This document shows, in pieces, positions 30,001 through 43,689 of a stretch of DNA of 64,000 bases (positions are counted from its first letter, which is position 1; the number at the start of each line of letters is the position of its first letter). The translations under genes and the position numbers were made by a program. Source of the DNA: Mobula hypostoma (Eukaryota); contig NC_086101.1 in assembly GCF_963921235.1 (NCBI RefSeq), positions 5,022,001 to 5,086,000 on the forward strand. The letters run 5' to 3'. Below the pieces are notes generated by a model. That model did no database searches. It saw only the letters and a program-made list of their open reading frames with translations, and had not been told where the DNA came from.

Positions 30001-33000
30001 GCCCCTCTCTCTCCCCACTATTCCCCCGTCCCTCTCTCTCCCCACTATTCCCCCACCCCTCTCTCTCTCCCCACTATTCCCCCACCCCTCTCTCTCCCCA
30101 CTATTCCCCGTCCCTCTCTCTCCTCACTATTCCCCCACCCCTCTCTCTCCCCACTATTCCCCGTCCCTCTCTCCCCACTATTCCCCGTCCCTCTCTCCCC
30201 CCACTATTCCTCCACCCCTCTCTCCCCCCACTATTCCCACGTCCCTCTCTCCCCACTATTCCCCCACCCCTCTCTCCCCCCCTATTCCCCCACCCCTCTC
30301 TCCCCCCACTATTCCTCCCAACTCTCTCCCCACTATCCCCCACCCTCTCTCCCCCACTATTCTCCTACCCCCTCACTATTCCCCCACCCCGCTCTCCCCA
30401 CTATTCCCCCACCCCACTCTCTCTCTGCACTATTCCCCCACCCACTCTCTCTCCCCACTATTCCCCCACCCCTTTCTCCCCCCACCCCTCTCTCTCTCCA
30501 CTATTCCCCCACCCCTCTCTCTCCCCCCACTATTCCCCCACCCCTCTCTCTCCCGCCACTATTCCCCCACCCATCTCCCCCTCTCTCCCCCCACTATTCC
30601 CCCACCCCTCTCTCTCTCCCCACTATTCCCCCACCCCTCTCTCCCCCCACTATTCCCCCACCCCCACTATTCCCCCACCCCTCTCTCTCTCCCCACTATT
30701 TCCCCTCCTCTCTCCCCCCACTATTCCCCCACCCCCACTATTCCCCCACCCCTCTCTCTCTCCCCACTATTTCCCCACCTCTCTCTCCCCCACTATTCCG
30801 CACCCCTCTCTCTCCCACTATTCCCCCACCCCTCTCTCTCCCCACTATTCCCCCACCCCTCTCTCTCCCCACTATTCCCCCACATCCTCTCTCCCCCTAC
30901 TATTGCCCCTCTCACTCTCTCCCCACTATTCACCCACATCCTCTCTCCCCCCACTATTGCTGCTCTCACTCTCTCCCCACTATTCCCCAACCTCTCTCTC
31001 TCCCCACTATTCCCAACCCCTCTGTCCCCACTATTCCCAACCCCTCTCTGTCCCCACTATTCCCCACCCCTCTCTCTCCCCCCACTATTCCCCACCCCTC
31101 TCTCCCCCACTATCCCCCACCTCTCTCTCCCCCACTATCCCCCACCTCTCTCTCCCCCCCCACTATCCCCCACCTCTCTCTCCCCCACTATCCCCCACCT
31201 CTCTCTCCCCCACTATCCCCCACCTCTCTCTTCCCCCCCATCCCCCACTATCCCCCACCTCTCTCTCCCCCACTATCCCCCACCTCTCTCTCCCCCCCCA
31301 CTATCCCCCACCTCTCTCTCTCCCCCACTATCCCCCACCTCTCTCTCCCCCACTATCCCCCACCTCTCTCTCCCCCACTATCCCCCACGCCTCTCTCTCT
31401 CCCCACTATCCCCCCCCTCTCTCTCTCCCCCACTATCCCCCACCTCTGTCTCCCCCCCACTATCCCGCACCTCTCTCTCTCCCCCACTATCCCCCACCTC
31501 TCTCTCCCCCACTATCCCCCACCTCACTCTCCCCCACTATCCCCCACCTCTCTCTCCCCCACTATCCCCCACCCCTCTCCCCCCACTATCCCCCACCCCC
31601 TATCTTCCACTATTCCCCACCCTCCTCTCTCCCCCCACTATCCCCCACTATTCCCCACCCTCCTCTCTCCCCACTATTCCCCAACCTCCTCTCTCCCCAC
31701 TATTCCCCCACGCCCCTCTCCCCCCTCTATTCCTCCGTCCCTCTCTCTCCTAACTATTCCCCCGTCCCTATCCCCCCAATATTCCCCCGCCCCTCTCTCT
31801 CCCCACTATTCCCCCGTCCCTCTCTCTCCCCACTATTCCCCCGTCCCTCTCTCTCCCCACTATTCCCCCACCCCTCTCTCTCTCCCCACTATTCCCCCAC
31901 CCCTCTCTCTCCCCACTATTCCCCGTCTCTCTCTCTCCTCACTATTCCCCCACCCCTCTCTCTCCCCACTATTCCCCGTCCCTCTCTCCCCACTATTCCC
32001 CGTCCCTCTCTCCCCCCACTATTCCTCCACCCCTCTCTCCCCCCACTATTCCCACGTCCCTCTCTCCCCACTATTCCCCCACCCCTCTCTCTCCCCCCAC
32101 TATTCCCCCACCCCTCTCTCCCCCCACTATTCCCCCACCCCTCTCTCCCCACTATTCCCCCACCCCTCTCTCCCCCCACTATTCCTCCCAACTCTCTCCC
32201 CACGATCCCCCACCCTCTCTCCCCCACTATTCTCCTACCCCCTCACTATTCCCCCACCCCCTCTCCCCACTATTCCCCCACCCCCCTCTCCCCACTATTC
32301 CCCCACCCCACTCTCTCTCTGCACTATTCCCCCACCCACTCTCTCTCCCCACTATTCCCCCACCCCTCTCTCTCCCGCCACTATTCCCCCACCCATCTCC
32401 CCCCTCTCTCCCGCCCACGATTCCCCCACCCCTCTCTCTCTCCCCACTATTCCCCCACCCCTCTCTCCCCCCACTATTCCCCCACCCCTCTCTCCCCCCA
32501 CTATTCCCCCACACCCACCCCCACCCCCACTATTCCCCCACCCCTCTCTCTCTCCCCACTATTTCCCCACCTCTCTCTCCCCCACTATTCCGCACCCCTC
32601 TCTCTCCCACTATTCCCCCACCCCTCTCTCTCCCCACTATTCCCCCACCCCTCTCTCTCCCCACTATTCCCCCACATCCTCTCTCCCCCACTATTGCCCC
32701 TCTCACTCTCTCCCCACTATTCCCCAACCTCTCTCTCTCCCCACTATTCACCCACATCCTCTCTCCCCCCACTATTGCCGCTCTCACTCTCTCCCCACTA
32801 TTCCCCAACCTCTCTCTCTCCCCACTATTCCCAACCCCTCTGTCCCCACTATTCCCAACCCCTCTCTGTCCCCCTATTCTCCACCCCTCTCTCTCCCCCC
32901 ACTATTCCCCACCCCTCTCTCCCCCACTATCCCCCACCTCTCTCTCCCCCACTATCCCCCACCACTCTCTCCCCCACTATCCCCCACCTCTCTCTCCCCC

Positions 33001-36000
33001 CCACTATCTCCCACCTCTCTCTCCCCCCCACTATCCCCCACCTCTCTCTCTCCCCCACTATCCCCCACCTCTCTCTCTCCCCCACTATCCCCCACCTCTC
33101 TCTCCCCCACTATCCCCCACCTCTCTCTCCCCCACTATCCCCCGCCTCTCTCTCTCCCCACTATCCCTCGCCTCTCTCTCTCCCCCACTATCCCCCACCT
33201 CTCTCTCCCCCACTATCCCCCACCTCTCTCTCCCCCCCACTATCCCCCACCTCTCTCTCTCCCCCACTATCCCCCACCTCTCTCTCCCCCACTATCCCCC
33301 ACCTCTCTCTCCCCCACTATCCCCCACCTCTCTCTCCCCCACTATCCCCCACCTCACTCTCCCCCACTATCCCCCACCTCACTCTCCCCGACTATCCCCC
33401 ACCTCTCTCTCCCCCACTATTCCCCCACCCCTTTCTCTCTCCATTATTCCCCCACCCCTCTCTCTCCCCCCACTATTCCCCCACCCCTCTCTCTCCCGCC
33501 ACTATTCCCCCACCCATCTCCCCCCTCTCTCCCCCCCACTATTCCCCCACCCCTCTCTCTCTCCCCACTATTCCTCCACCCCTCACTCCCTCACTATCCC
33601 CCACCCCTCTCTCCCCCACTATTCCCCCACCCCTCTCTCCCCCACTATTCCCCCACCCCCACCCCCACCCCCACTATTCCCCCACCCCTCTCTCTCTCCC
33701 CACTATTTCCCCACCTCTCTCTCCCCCACTATTCCGCACCCCTCTCTCTCCCACTATTCCCCCACCCCTCTCTCTCCCCACTATTCCCCCACCCCTCTCT
33801 CTCCCCACTATTCCCCCACATCCTCTCTCCCCCCACTATTGCCCCTCTCACTCTCTCCCCACTATTCCCCAACCTCTCTCTCTCCCCACTATTCACCCAC
33901 ATCCTCTCTCCCCCGACTATTGCCGCTCTCACTCTCTCCCCACTATTCCCCAACCTCTCTCTCTCCCCACTATTCCCCAACCTCTCTCTCTCCCCACTAT
34001 TCCCAACCCCTCTGTCCCCACTATTCCCAACCCCTCTCTGTCCCCACTATTCCCTACCCCTCTCTCTCCCCCCACTATTCCCCACCCCTCTCTCCCCCAC
34101 TATCCCCCACCTCTCTCTCCCCCACTATCCCCCACCTCTCTCTCTCCCCCACTATCCCCCACCTCTCTCTCCCCCCCACTATCCCCCACCTCTCTCTCCC
34201 CCACTATCCCCCATCTCTCTCTCCCCCCCACTATCCCCCACCTCTCTCTCTCCCCCACTATCCCCCACCTCTCTCTCCCCCACTATCCCCCACCTCTCTC
34301 TCCCCCCCCACTATCCCCCAGCTCTCTCTCCCCCACTATCCCCCACCTCTCTCTCCCCCCCACTATCCCCCACCTCTCTCTCTCCCCCACTATCCCCCAC
34401 CTCTCTCTCCCCCACTATCCCCCACCTCTCTCTCCCCCACTATCCCCCACCTCTCTCTCCCTCACTATCCCCCGCCTCTCTCTCTCCCCACTATCCACCG
34501 CCTCTCTCTCTCCCCCACTATCCCCCACCTCTCTCTCCCCCACTATCCCCCACCTCTCTATCCCCCCACTATCCCCCACCTCTCTCTCTCCCGACTATCC
34601 GCCACCTCTCTCTCCCCCACTATCCCCCACCTCTCTCTCCCCCACTATCCCCCACCTCTCTCTCCCCCACTATCCCCCACCTCACTCTCCCCCACTATCC
34701 CCCACCTCTCTCTCCCCCACTATTCCCCCACCCCTTTCTCCCCCCACCCCTCTCTCTCTCCACTATTCCCCCACCCCTCTCTCTCCCCCCACTATTCCCC
34801 CACCCCTCTCTCTCCCGCCAGTATTCCCCCACCCATCTCCCCCCTCTCTCCCCCCCACTATTCCCCCACCCCTCTCTCTCTCCCCACTATTCCCCCACCC
34901 CTCTCTCCCTCACTATCCCCCCACCCCTCACTCCCTCACTATCCCCCACCCCTCTCTCCCCCCACTATTCCCCCACCCCTCTCTCCCCCCACTATTACCC
35001 CACCCCCACCCCCACTATTCCCCCACCCCTCTCTCTCTCCCCACTATTTCCCTACCTCTCTCTCCCCCTCTATTCCGCACCCCTCTCTCTCCCACTATTC
35101 CCCCACCCCTCTCTCTCCCCACTATTCCCCCACCCCTCTCTCTCCCCACTATTCCCCCACATCCTCTGTCCCCCCACTATTGCCCCTCTCACTCTCTCCC
35201 CACTATTCCCCAACCACTCTCTCTCCCCACTATTCACCCACATCCTCTCTCCCCCCACTATTGCCGCTCTCACTCTCTCCCCCACTATCCCCCACCTCTC
35301 TCTCCCCCACTATCCCCCACCTCTCTCTCCCCACTATCCCCCACCTCTCTCTCCCCCCCCCACTATCCCCCACTATCCCCCACCTCTCTCTCCCCCACTA
35401 TCCCCCACCTCTCTCTCTCCCCCACTATCCCCCACCTCTCTCTCCCCCACTATCCCCCACCTCTCTCTCCCCCCCACTATCCCCCACCTCTCTCTCCCCC
35501 ACTATCCCCCACCTCTCTCTCCCCCCCACTATCCCCCACCTCTCTCTCCCCCCCACTATCCCCCACCTCTCTCTCTCCCCCACTATCCCCCACCTCTCTC
35601 TCCCCCCCACTATCCCCCACCTCTCTCTCCCCCACTATCCCCCACCTCTCTCTCCCCCACTATCCCCCACCTCACTCTCCCCCACTATCCCCCACCTCTC
35701 TCTCCCCCACTATCCCCCGCCTCTCTCTCTCCCCACTATCCCTCGCCTCTCTCTCTCCCCCACTATCCCCCACCTCTCTCTCCCCCACTATCCCCCACCT
35801 CACTCTCCCCCACTATCCCCCACCTCTCTCTCCCCCACTATTCCCCCACCCCTTTCTCCCCCCACCCCTCTCTCTCTCCCCACTATTCCCCCACCCCTCT
35901 CTCCCTCACTATCCCCCCACCCCTCACTCCCTCACTATCCCCCACCCCTCACTCCCTCACTATCCCCCACCCCTCTCCCCCCCGACTATCCCCCACCTCT

Positions 36001-39000
36001 CTCTCCCCCACTATCCCCCACCTCTCTCTCCCCCCACTATCCCCCACCTCTCTCTCTCCCCCACTATCCCCCACCTCTCTCTCTCCCACTATCCCCCACC
36101 TCTCTCTCCCTCACTATCCCCCGCCTCTCTCTCTCCCCACTATCCCCCGCCTCTCTCTCTCCCCCACTATCCCCCACCTCTCTCTCCCCCACTATCCCCC
36201 ACCTCTCTCTCCCCCACTATCCCCCACCTCACTCTCCCCCACTATCCCCCACCTCTCTCTCCCCCACTATTCCCCCACCCCTTTCTCCCCCCACCCCTCT
36301 CTCTCTCCACTATTCCCCCACCCCTCCCTCTCCCCCCACTATTCCCCCACCCCTCTCTCTCCCGCCACTATTCCCCCACCCATCTCCCCCCTCTCTCCCC
36401 CCCACTATTCCCCCACCCCTCTCTCTCTCCCCACTATTCCCCCACCCCTCTCTCCCTCAATATCCCCCCACCCCTCACTCCCTCACTATCCCCCACCCCT
36501 CTCTCCCCCACTATTCCCCCACCCCTCTCTCCCCCCACTATTCCCCCACCCCCACCCCCACTATTTCCCCACCCCTACCCCCACTATTCCCCCACCCCTC
36601 TCTCTCTCCCCACTATTTCCCCACCTCTCTCTCCCCCACTATTCCGCACACCTCTCTCTCCCACTATTCCCCCACCCCTCTCTCTCCCCACTATTCCCCC
36701 ACCCCTCTCTCTCCCCACTATTCCCCCACATCCTCTCTCCCCCCACTATTGCCCCTCTCACTCTCTCCCCACTATTCCCCAACCTCTCTCTCTCCCCACT
36801 ATTCACCCACATCCTCTCTCCCCCCACTATTGCCGCTCTCACTCTCTCCCCACTATTCCCCAACCTCTCTCTCTCCCCACTATTCCCCAACCTCTCTCTT
36901 TCCCCACTATTCCCAACCCCTCTGTCCCCACTATTCCCAACCCCTCTCTGTCCCCACTATTCCCCACCCCTCTCTCTCCCCCCACTATTCCCCACCGCTC
37001 TCTCCCCCACTATCCCCCACCTCTCCCTCCCCCATTATCCCCCACCTCTCTCTCCCCCACTATCCCCCACCTCTCTCTCCCCCCCACTATCCCCCACCTC
37101 TCTCTCCCCCACTATCCCCCACCTCTCTCTCCCCCCCCACTGTCCCCCACCTCTCTCTCTCCCCCACTATCCCCCACCTCTCTCTCCCCCACTATCCCCC
37201 ACCTCTCTCTCCCCCCCACTATCCCCCACCTCTCTCTCCCCCACTATCCCCCACCTCTCTCTCCCCCCCCACTATCCCCCACCTCTCTCTCTCCCCCACT
37301 ATCCCCCACCTCTCTCTCCCCCACTATCCCCCACCTCTCTCTCCCCCACTATCCCCCACCTCTCTCTCCCCCACAATCCCCCACCTCACTCTCCCCCACT
37401 ATCCCCCACCTCTCTCTCCCCCACTATCCCCCACGCCTCTCTCTCTCCCCACTATCCCCTGCCTCTCTCTCTCCCCCACTATCCCCCACCTCACTCTCCC
37501 CCACTATCCCCCACCTCTCTCTCCCCCACTATTCCCCCACCCCTTTCTCCCCCCACCCCTCTCTCTCTCCACTATTCCCCCACCCCTCTCTCTCCCCCCA
37601 CTATTCCCCCACCCCTCTCTCTCCCGCCACTATTCCCCCACCCATCTCCCCCTCTCTCCCCCCCACTATTCCCCCACCCCTCTCTCTCTCCCCACTATTC
37701 CCCCACCCCTTTCTCTCCCGCCACTATTCCCCCACCCATCTCCCCCCTCTCTCCCCCCCACTATTCCCCCACCCCTCTCTCTCTCCCCACTATTCCCCCA
37801 CCCCTCTCTCCCTCACTATCCCCCCACCCTTCACTCCCTCTCTATCCCCCACCCCTCACTCCCTCACTATCCCCCACCCCTCTCTCCCCCCACTATTCCC
37901 CCACCCCTCTCTCCCCTCTCTCCCCCCACTATTCCCCCACCCCCACTATTCCCCCACCCCCACTATTCCCCCACCCCTCTCTCTCTCCCCACTATTTCCC
38001 CACCCCTCTCTCTCCCCACTATTCCCCCACATCCTCTCTCCCCCCACTATTGCCCCTCTCACTCTCTCCCCACTATTCCCCAACCTCTCTCTCTCCCCAC
38101 TATTCACCCACATCCTCTCTCCCCCCACTATTGCCGCTCTCACTCTCTCCCCACTATTCCCCAACCTCTCTCTCTCCCCACTATTTCCCAACCTCTCTCT
38201 CTCCCCACTATTCCCAACCCCTCTGTCCCCACTATTCCCAACCCCTCTCTGTCCCCACTATTCCCCACCCCTCTCTCTCCCCCCACTATTCCCCACCCCT
38301 CTCTCCCCCACTATCCCCCACCTCTCTCTCCCCCACTATCCCCCACCTCTCTCTCCCCCCCCACTATCCCCCACTATCCCCCACCTCTCTCTCCCCCACT
38401 ATCCCCCACCTCTCTCTCCCCCACTATCCCCCACCTCTCTCTCCCCCACTATCCCCCACCTCTCTCTCCCCCACTATCCCCCCCCACTATCCCCCACCTC
38501 TCTCTCCCACACTATCCCCCACCTCTCTCTCCCCCCCCCCACTATCCCCCACCTCTCTCTCCCCCCCCACTATCCCCCACCTCTCTCTCTCCCCCCCCAC
38601 TATCCCCCACCTCTCTCTCTCCCCCCCCACTATCCCCCACCTCTCTCTCTCTCCCCCACTATCCCCCACCTCTCTCTCTCCCCCCACTATCCCCCACCTC
38701 TCTCTCTCCCCCACTATCCCCCACCTCTCTCTCCCCCACTATCCCCCACCTCTCTCTCCCCCCCACTATCCCCCACTATCCCCCACCTCTCTCTCCCCCA
38801 CTATCCCCCACCTCTCTCTCTCCCCCACTATCCCCCACCTCTCTCTCCCCCACTATCCCCCACCTCTCTCTCTCCCCCACTATCCCCCACCTCTCTCTCC
38901 CCCACTATCCCCCACTTCTCTCTCCCCCACTATCCCCCACCTCTCTCTCCCCCACTATCCCCCACCCCACTATCCCCCACCTCTCTCTCCCCCACTATCC

Positions 39001-42000
39001 CCCACCTCTCTCTCCCCCACTATCCCCCACCTCTCTCCCCCCACTATCCCCCACCTCTCTCTCCCCCACCTCTCTCTCCCCCACTATCCCCCACCTCTCT
39101 CTCTCCCCCACTATCCCCCACCTCTCTCTCTCCCCCACTATCCCCCACCTCTCTCTCCCCCACTATCCCCCACCTCTCTCTCCCCCCCACTATCCCCCAC
39201 TATCCCCCACCTCTCTCTCCCCCACTATCCCCCACCTCTCTCTCTCCCCCACTATCCCCCACCTCTCTCTCCCCCACTATCCCCCACCTCTCTCTCTCCC
39301 CACTATCCCCCACTATCCCCCACCTCTCTCTCCCCCACTATCCCCCACTTCTCTCTCCCCCACTATCCCCCACCTCTCTCTCCCCCACTATCCCCCACCC
39401 CTCTCTCCCCCACTATCCCCCACCTCTCTCTCCCCCCCCACTATCCCCCACCTCTCTCTCCCCCACTATCCCCCACCTCTCTCTCCCCCACTATCCCCCA
39501 CCTCTCTCTCCCCCCACTATCCCCCACCTCTCTCTCTCCCACTATCCCCCACCTCTCTCTCCCCCACTATCCCCCACCTCTCTCTCCCCCACTATTCCCC
39601 CACCCCTTTCTCCCCCCACCCCTCTCTCTCTCCACTATTCCCCCACCCCTCTCTCTCCCCCCACTATTCCCCCACCCCTCTCTCTCCCGCCACTATTCCC
39701 CCACCCATCTCCCCCCTCTCTGCCCCCTCTCTCCCCCCCACTATTCCCCCACCCCTCTCTCTCTCCCCACTATTCCCCCACCCCTCTCTCCCTCACTATC
39801 CCCCCACCCCTCACTCCCTAACTATCCCCCACCCCTCTCTCCCCCCACTATTCCCCCACCCCTCTCTCCCCCCACTATTCCCCCACCCCCACCCCCACTA
39901 TTTCCCCACCCCTACCCCCACTATTCCCCCACCCCTCTCTCTCTCCCCACTATTTCCCCACCTCTCTCTCCCCCACTATTCCGCACCCCTCTCTCTCCCA
40001 CTATTCCCCCACCCCTCTCTCTCCCCACTATTCCCCCACCCCTCTCTCTCCCCACTATTCCCCCACATTCTCTCTCCCCCCACTATTGCCCCTCTCACTC
40101 TCTCCCCACTATTCCCCAACCTCTCTCTCTCCCCACTATTCACCCACATCCTCTCTCCCCCCACTATTGCCGCTCTCACTCTCTCCCCACTATTCCCCAA
40201 CCTCTCTCTCTCCCCACTATTCCCCAACCTCTCTCTTTCCCCACTATTCCCAACCCCTCTGTCCCCACTATTCCCAACCCCTCTCTGTCCCCACTATTCC
40301 CCACCCCTCTCTCTCCCCCCACTATTCCCCACCGCTCTCTCCCCCACTATCCCCCACCTCTCTCTCCCCCACTATCCCCCACCTCTCTCTCCCCCACTAT
40401 CCCCCACCTCTCTCTCCCCCCACTATCCCCCACCTCTCTCTCCCCCACTATCCCCCACCTCTCTCTCCCCCCCCCACTGTCCCCCACCTCTCTCTGTCCC
40501 CCACTATCCCCCACCTCTCTCTGTCCCCCACTATCCCCCACCTCTCTCTCCCCCACTATCCCCCACCTCTCTCTCTCCCCCACTATCCCCCACCTCTCTC
40601 TCCCCCACTATCCCCCACCTCTCTCTCCCCCCCACTATCCCCCACCTCTCTCTCTCCCCCACTATCCCCCACCTCTCTCTCCCCCACTATCCCCCACCTC
40701 TCTCTCCCCCACTATCCCCCACCTCACTCTCCCCCACTATCCCCCACCTCTCTCTCCCCCACTATCCCCCGCCTCTCTCTCTCCCCACTATCCCCTGCCT
40801 CTCTCTCTCCCCCACTATCCCCCACCTCACTCTCCTCCACTATCCCCCACCTCTCTCTCCCCCACTATTCCCCCACCCCTCTCTCTCTCGACTATTCCCC
40901 CACCCCTCTCTCTCCCCCCACTATTCCCCCACCCCTCTCTCTCCCGCCACTATTCCCCCACCCCTCTCTCCCTCACTATCCCCCCACCCCTCACTCCCTC
41001 TCTATCCCCCACCCCTCACTCCCTCACTATCCCCCACCCCTCTCTCCCCCCACTATTCCCCCACCCCCACTATTCCCCCACCCCCACTATTCCCCCACCC
41101 CTCTCTCTCTCCCCACTATTCCCCCACCCCTCTCTCTCTCCCCACTATTCCCCCACCCCTCTCTCTCCCCACTATTCCCCCACATCCTCTCTCCCCCCAC
41201 TATTGCCCCTCTCACTCTCTCCCCACTATTCCCCAACCTCTCTCTCTCCCCACTATTCACCCACATCCTCTCTCCCCCCACTATTGCCGCTCTCACTCTC
41301 TCCCCACTATTCCCCAACCTCTCTCTCTCCCCACTATTCCCCAACCTCTCTCTCTCCCCACTATTCCCAACCCCTCTGTCCCCACTATTCCCAACCCCTC
41401 TCTGTCCCCACTATTCCCCACCCCTCTCTCTCCCCCCACTATTCCCCACCCCTCTCTCCCCCACTATCCCCCACCTCTCTCTCCCCCACTATCCCCCACC
41501 TCTCTCTCCCCCACTATCCCCCACCTCTCTCCCCCCCCACTATCCCCCACCTCTCTCTCCCACACTATCCCCCACCTCTCTCTCCCCCCCCCACTATCCC
41601 CCACCTCTCTCTCTCCCCCCCCACTATCCCCCACCTCTCTCTCTCTCCCCCACTATCCCCCACCTCTCTCTCTCCCCCACCTCTCTCTCTCCCCCACTAT
41701 CCCCCACCTCTCTCTCCCCCACTATCCCCCACCTCTCTCTCCCCCCACTATCCCCCACTATCCCCCACCTCTCTCTCCCCCACCTCTCTCTCTCCCCCAC
41801 TATCCCCCACCTCTCTCTACCCCACTATCCCCCACCTCTCTCTCTCCCCCACTATCCCCCACCTCTCTCTCCCCCACTATCCCCCACTTCTCTCTCCCCC
41901 ACTATCCCCCACCTCTCTCTCCCCCACTATCCCCCACCCCACTATCCCCCACCTCTCTCTCCCCCACTATCCCCCACCTCTCTCTCCCCCACTATCCCCC

Positions 42001-43424
42001 ACCTCTCTCTCCCCCCCACTATCCCCCACCTCTCTCTCCCCCACTATCCCCCACCTCTCTCTCCCCCACTATCCCCCACCTCTCTCTCCCCCACTATCCC
42101 CCGCCTCTCTCTCTCCCCCACTATCCCCCACCTCTCTCTCCCCCACTATCCCCCACCTCTCTCTCCCCCCACTATCCCCCACCTCTCTCTCTCCCACTAT
42201 CCCCCACCTCTCTCTCCCCCACTATCCCCCACCTCTCTCTCCCCCACTATCCCCCACCTCTCTCTCCCCCCACTATCCCCCAGCTCTCTCTCTCTCCCCC
42301 ACTATCCCCCACCTCTCTCTCTCTCCCCCACTATCCCCCACCTCTCTCTCTCTCCCCCACTATCCCCCACCTCTCTCTCTCCCCCACTATCCCCCACCTC
42401 TCTCTCCCCCACTATCCCCCACCTCTCTCTCCCCCACTATCCCCCACCTCTCTCTCCCCCACTATCCCCCGCCTCTCTCTCTCCCCACTATCCCCACCTC
42501 TCTCTCCCCCACTATCCCCCACCTCTCTCCCCCCCCACTATCCCCCACCTCTCTCTTTCCCCCACTATCCCCCACCTCTCTCTCCCCCACTATCCCCCAC
42601 CTCACTCTCCCCCACTATCCCCCGCCTCTCTCTCTCCCCCACTATCCCCCACCTCTCTCTCCCCCACTATCCCCCACCTCTCTCTCCCCCCACTATCCCC
42701 CACCTCTCTCTCTCCCACTATCCCCCACCTCTCTCTCCCCCACTATCCCCCACCTCTCTCTCCCCCCACTATCCCCCAGCTCTCTCTCTCTCCCCCACTA
42801 TCCCCCACCTCTCTCTCTCTCCCCCACTATCCCCCACCTCTCTCTCTCTCCCCCACTATCCCCCACCTCTCTCTCTCCCCCACTATCCCCCACCTCTCTC
42901 TCCCCCACTATCCCCCACCTCTCTCTCTCCCCCACTATCCCCCACCTCTCTCTCCCCCACTATCCCCCACCTCTCTCTCCCCCACTATCCCCCACCTCTC
43001 TCTCCCCCACTATCCCCCACCTCTCTCTCCCCCCCACTATCCCCCACCTCTCTCTCCCCCACTATCCCCCACCTCTCTCTCCCCCACTATCCCCCACCTC
43101 TCTCTCCCCCCCACTATCCCCCACCTCTCTCTCCCCCACTATCCCCCACCTCTCTCTCCCCCACTATCCCCCACCTCTCTCTCCCCCACTATCCCCCACC
43201 TCTCTCTCCCCCACTATCCCCCACCTCTCTCTCCCCCCACTATCCCCCACCTCTCTCTCCCCCCCACTATCCCCCACCTCTCTCTCCCCCACTATCCCCC
43301 ACCTCTCTCTCCCCCACTATCCCCCACCTCTCTCTCTCCCCCACTATCCCCCACCTCTCTCTCCCCCCCACTATCCCCCACCTCTCTCTCCCCCCACTAT
43401 CCCCCACCTCTCTCTCTCCCCCAC
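1..43424. repeat. Giant C-rich tandem array (minisatellite/satellite), monomer ~23-28 bp, roughly 1,700 copies by length
   Basis: Continuous repetition of two monomer classes, CCCCACTATCCCCCACCTCTCTCT and CCCCACTATTCCCCCACCCCTCTCTCT, with variable C-run and (CT)n lengths. The + strand is almost devoid of G. The array ends abruptly at ...ctctcccccac|gtacaaactg (43424). It is already running at base 1, so it probably extends beyond the window. Confidence 0.99.
19351..19550. other. Assembly gap (200 N)
   Basis: Exactly 200 N, a round placeholder size. The true gap length is unknown. Confidence 0.99.
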
Positions 43425-43689
43425 GTACAAACTGAATAATAAACTATTCAATCTGATGTCGGTTCTCTTGGTGGCAAAACAATTATTTAATAGAAAAACA
43501 AAGTACATTTAAGCCAGACAGCCCGTTGAACAACATCATCTTTCAATTTTATATCGGTTACAGCTCAGCAAAACGTGCTGGACTGTCTCTGGACAAGCAC
43601 AGTGACATAATCCAGCAGGATATTTCCCTATTATCTTTCAATAATAGTTTAGCCCCAAACGATTATCTCTGCGATTTGAAAGGTGTCAG

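Noticed and set aside
91-41344. Numerous minus-strand GWGNSGERE / GIVGRERG ORFs
   Set aside because: Translations of the same repeat; no coding constraint is visible.
1-43424. Immunoglobulin switch-region analogue
   Set aside because: It is G-rich and repetitive but lacks the dense palindromic AGCT/WGCW AID hotspots, and no Ig or TCR segments are nearby.
1-43424. Telomeric repeat
   Set aside because: No (CCCTAA)n runs, only rare CTAACCC variants (e.g. ~4752, ~22145, ~24495, ~26698). The C-rich-first orientation is compatible with a subtelomeric position but cannot be shown from this window.
1-43512. Giant Pro/Ser/Leu/His ORFs (up to 9437 aa; extensin- or mucin-like SPHYSP repeats)
   Set aside because: All three plus frames are open at once because TA is nearly always followed by T or C and G is nearly absent, so stops rarely form. 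Frequent 1-2 nt indels shift frames between monomers, the ORFs run through an N gap, and most starts are not ATG.
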